Assembly: GCA_046563655.1 (NCBI GenBank)
Contig: CM102290.1
Span: forward strand, 8,742,001-8,806,000
Origin: Yuukianura sp. NJ FZ-2021
Lineage: Eukaryota
Reading direction: 5' to 3'
Length of the DNA stretch: 64,000 bases
Shown: one piece after another, positions 63,201-64,000 of the stretch
How the letters are laid out: every line of letters begins with the position of its first letter
How positions within the stretch are numbered: the first letter of the stretch is position 1
Program-made: the position numbers and the translations under genes
The notes under the pieces: generated by a model
The model's database searches: none
The model's input: only the letters and a program-made list of their open reading frames with translations
What the model was told of the DNA's origin: nothing

Positions 63201-64000
63201 AAAATCCGATCATTTTGTTTTAAATTCCATTTTTTTTAGAATCGAAGTTTGAACTACGGGGAACAAGTGAGACTATTGGAAGGAAGCCTTTGTTTTGGTT
63301 GTTCCACTTAACCTTATTCCCTTATCGATTACAATGGGATGTTTTTGTCGCCAAATCCATTTTGTCCTTTTAGCCAAACGGCGTCACAACTTTTCTTTCT
63401 TAATGCAACCTTCTTTGCCCATTAGACAAAATTTAAATATTCAAAAAATTTGAAAACGAAAAAGAAAATTTTCACCCAAAATACTTTTCCGTTTCCAATA
63501 CCAAATGAAGAAGAAACTTCATCGAAAAGCTCCTACAAATTTATTAAAAAATAATTTTTTTTCAAAAGGAGTTAAAATGTTTCGTGTTTTCATTTTGTGA
63601 ATTATTTCCAGAGGCTTTGGGAAAGAATTATGGGCAAAGCCTCTGACATTGCTAAATTGACTTTTCCTATTACTAAAAGGGTCCATTTTCAAATGAGCCG
63701 ACAAATTCGGCAGAGATTTGGAGGGACTTCGTTAAAGCCCTTAAGTGACCCTGTTCCTGGTCACTTCTTGTAAAACTTGTTTGAAACAATGAGAGTGCGG
63801 TTAAACTGGGCAATTGCCCTTCCGAGAAAACTAAACACTTTTTGAAAACTAACATTTCAGACTTTCTTCGCCTACTCTTGCGTCCCTTAGCGTTAGTGGC
63901 AAAGGGAGGGTCAAGGGTCCACAGATACCCCCTATCATCCATCCTCTGCTAGACGCGACGACAAAGGACAATTGTTTTCCAACCAATAAAATGAAATATG

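Overview
AT-rich animal genomic DNA, most likely arthropod judging by the homeodomain types, the short introns and an Inr/DPE-type promoter; the species cannot be fixed from the sequence. The window holds a compact NK homeobox cluster of about 57 kb: ladybird/Lbx (+, 3160-19131), bagpipe/NK3 (+, 41576-44233), tinman/NK4 (-, 47650-49158) and msh/Msx (-, 57694-60254). I rebuilt all four by hand as spliced, phase-consistent GT-AG models. The gene order is the ancestral Msx-NK4-NK3-Lbx, but NK3 converges on NK4 instead of lying in tandem as in Drosophila. A 3-exon gene for a secreted, divergent lipocalin-like protein (23037-23918) sits between Lbx and NK3. The Lbx-NK3 interval also holds several non-autonomous transposons: a three-layer nest ending about 390 bp upstream of the bagpipe ATG, a DINE-1/HINE-like element inside a hAT-type MITE, a 120-bp-arm palindrome and a small TA-flanked MITE. 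Most short ORFs in the supplied track are non-coding noise.
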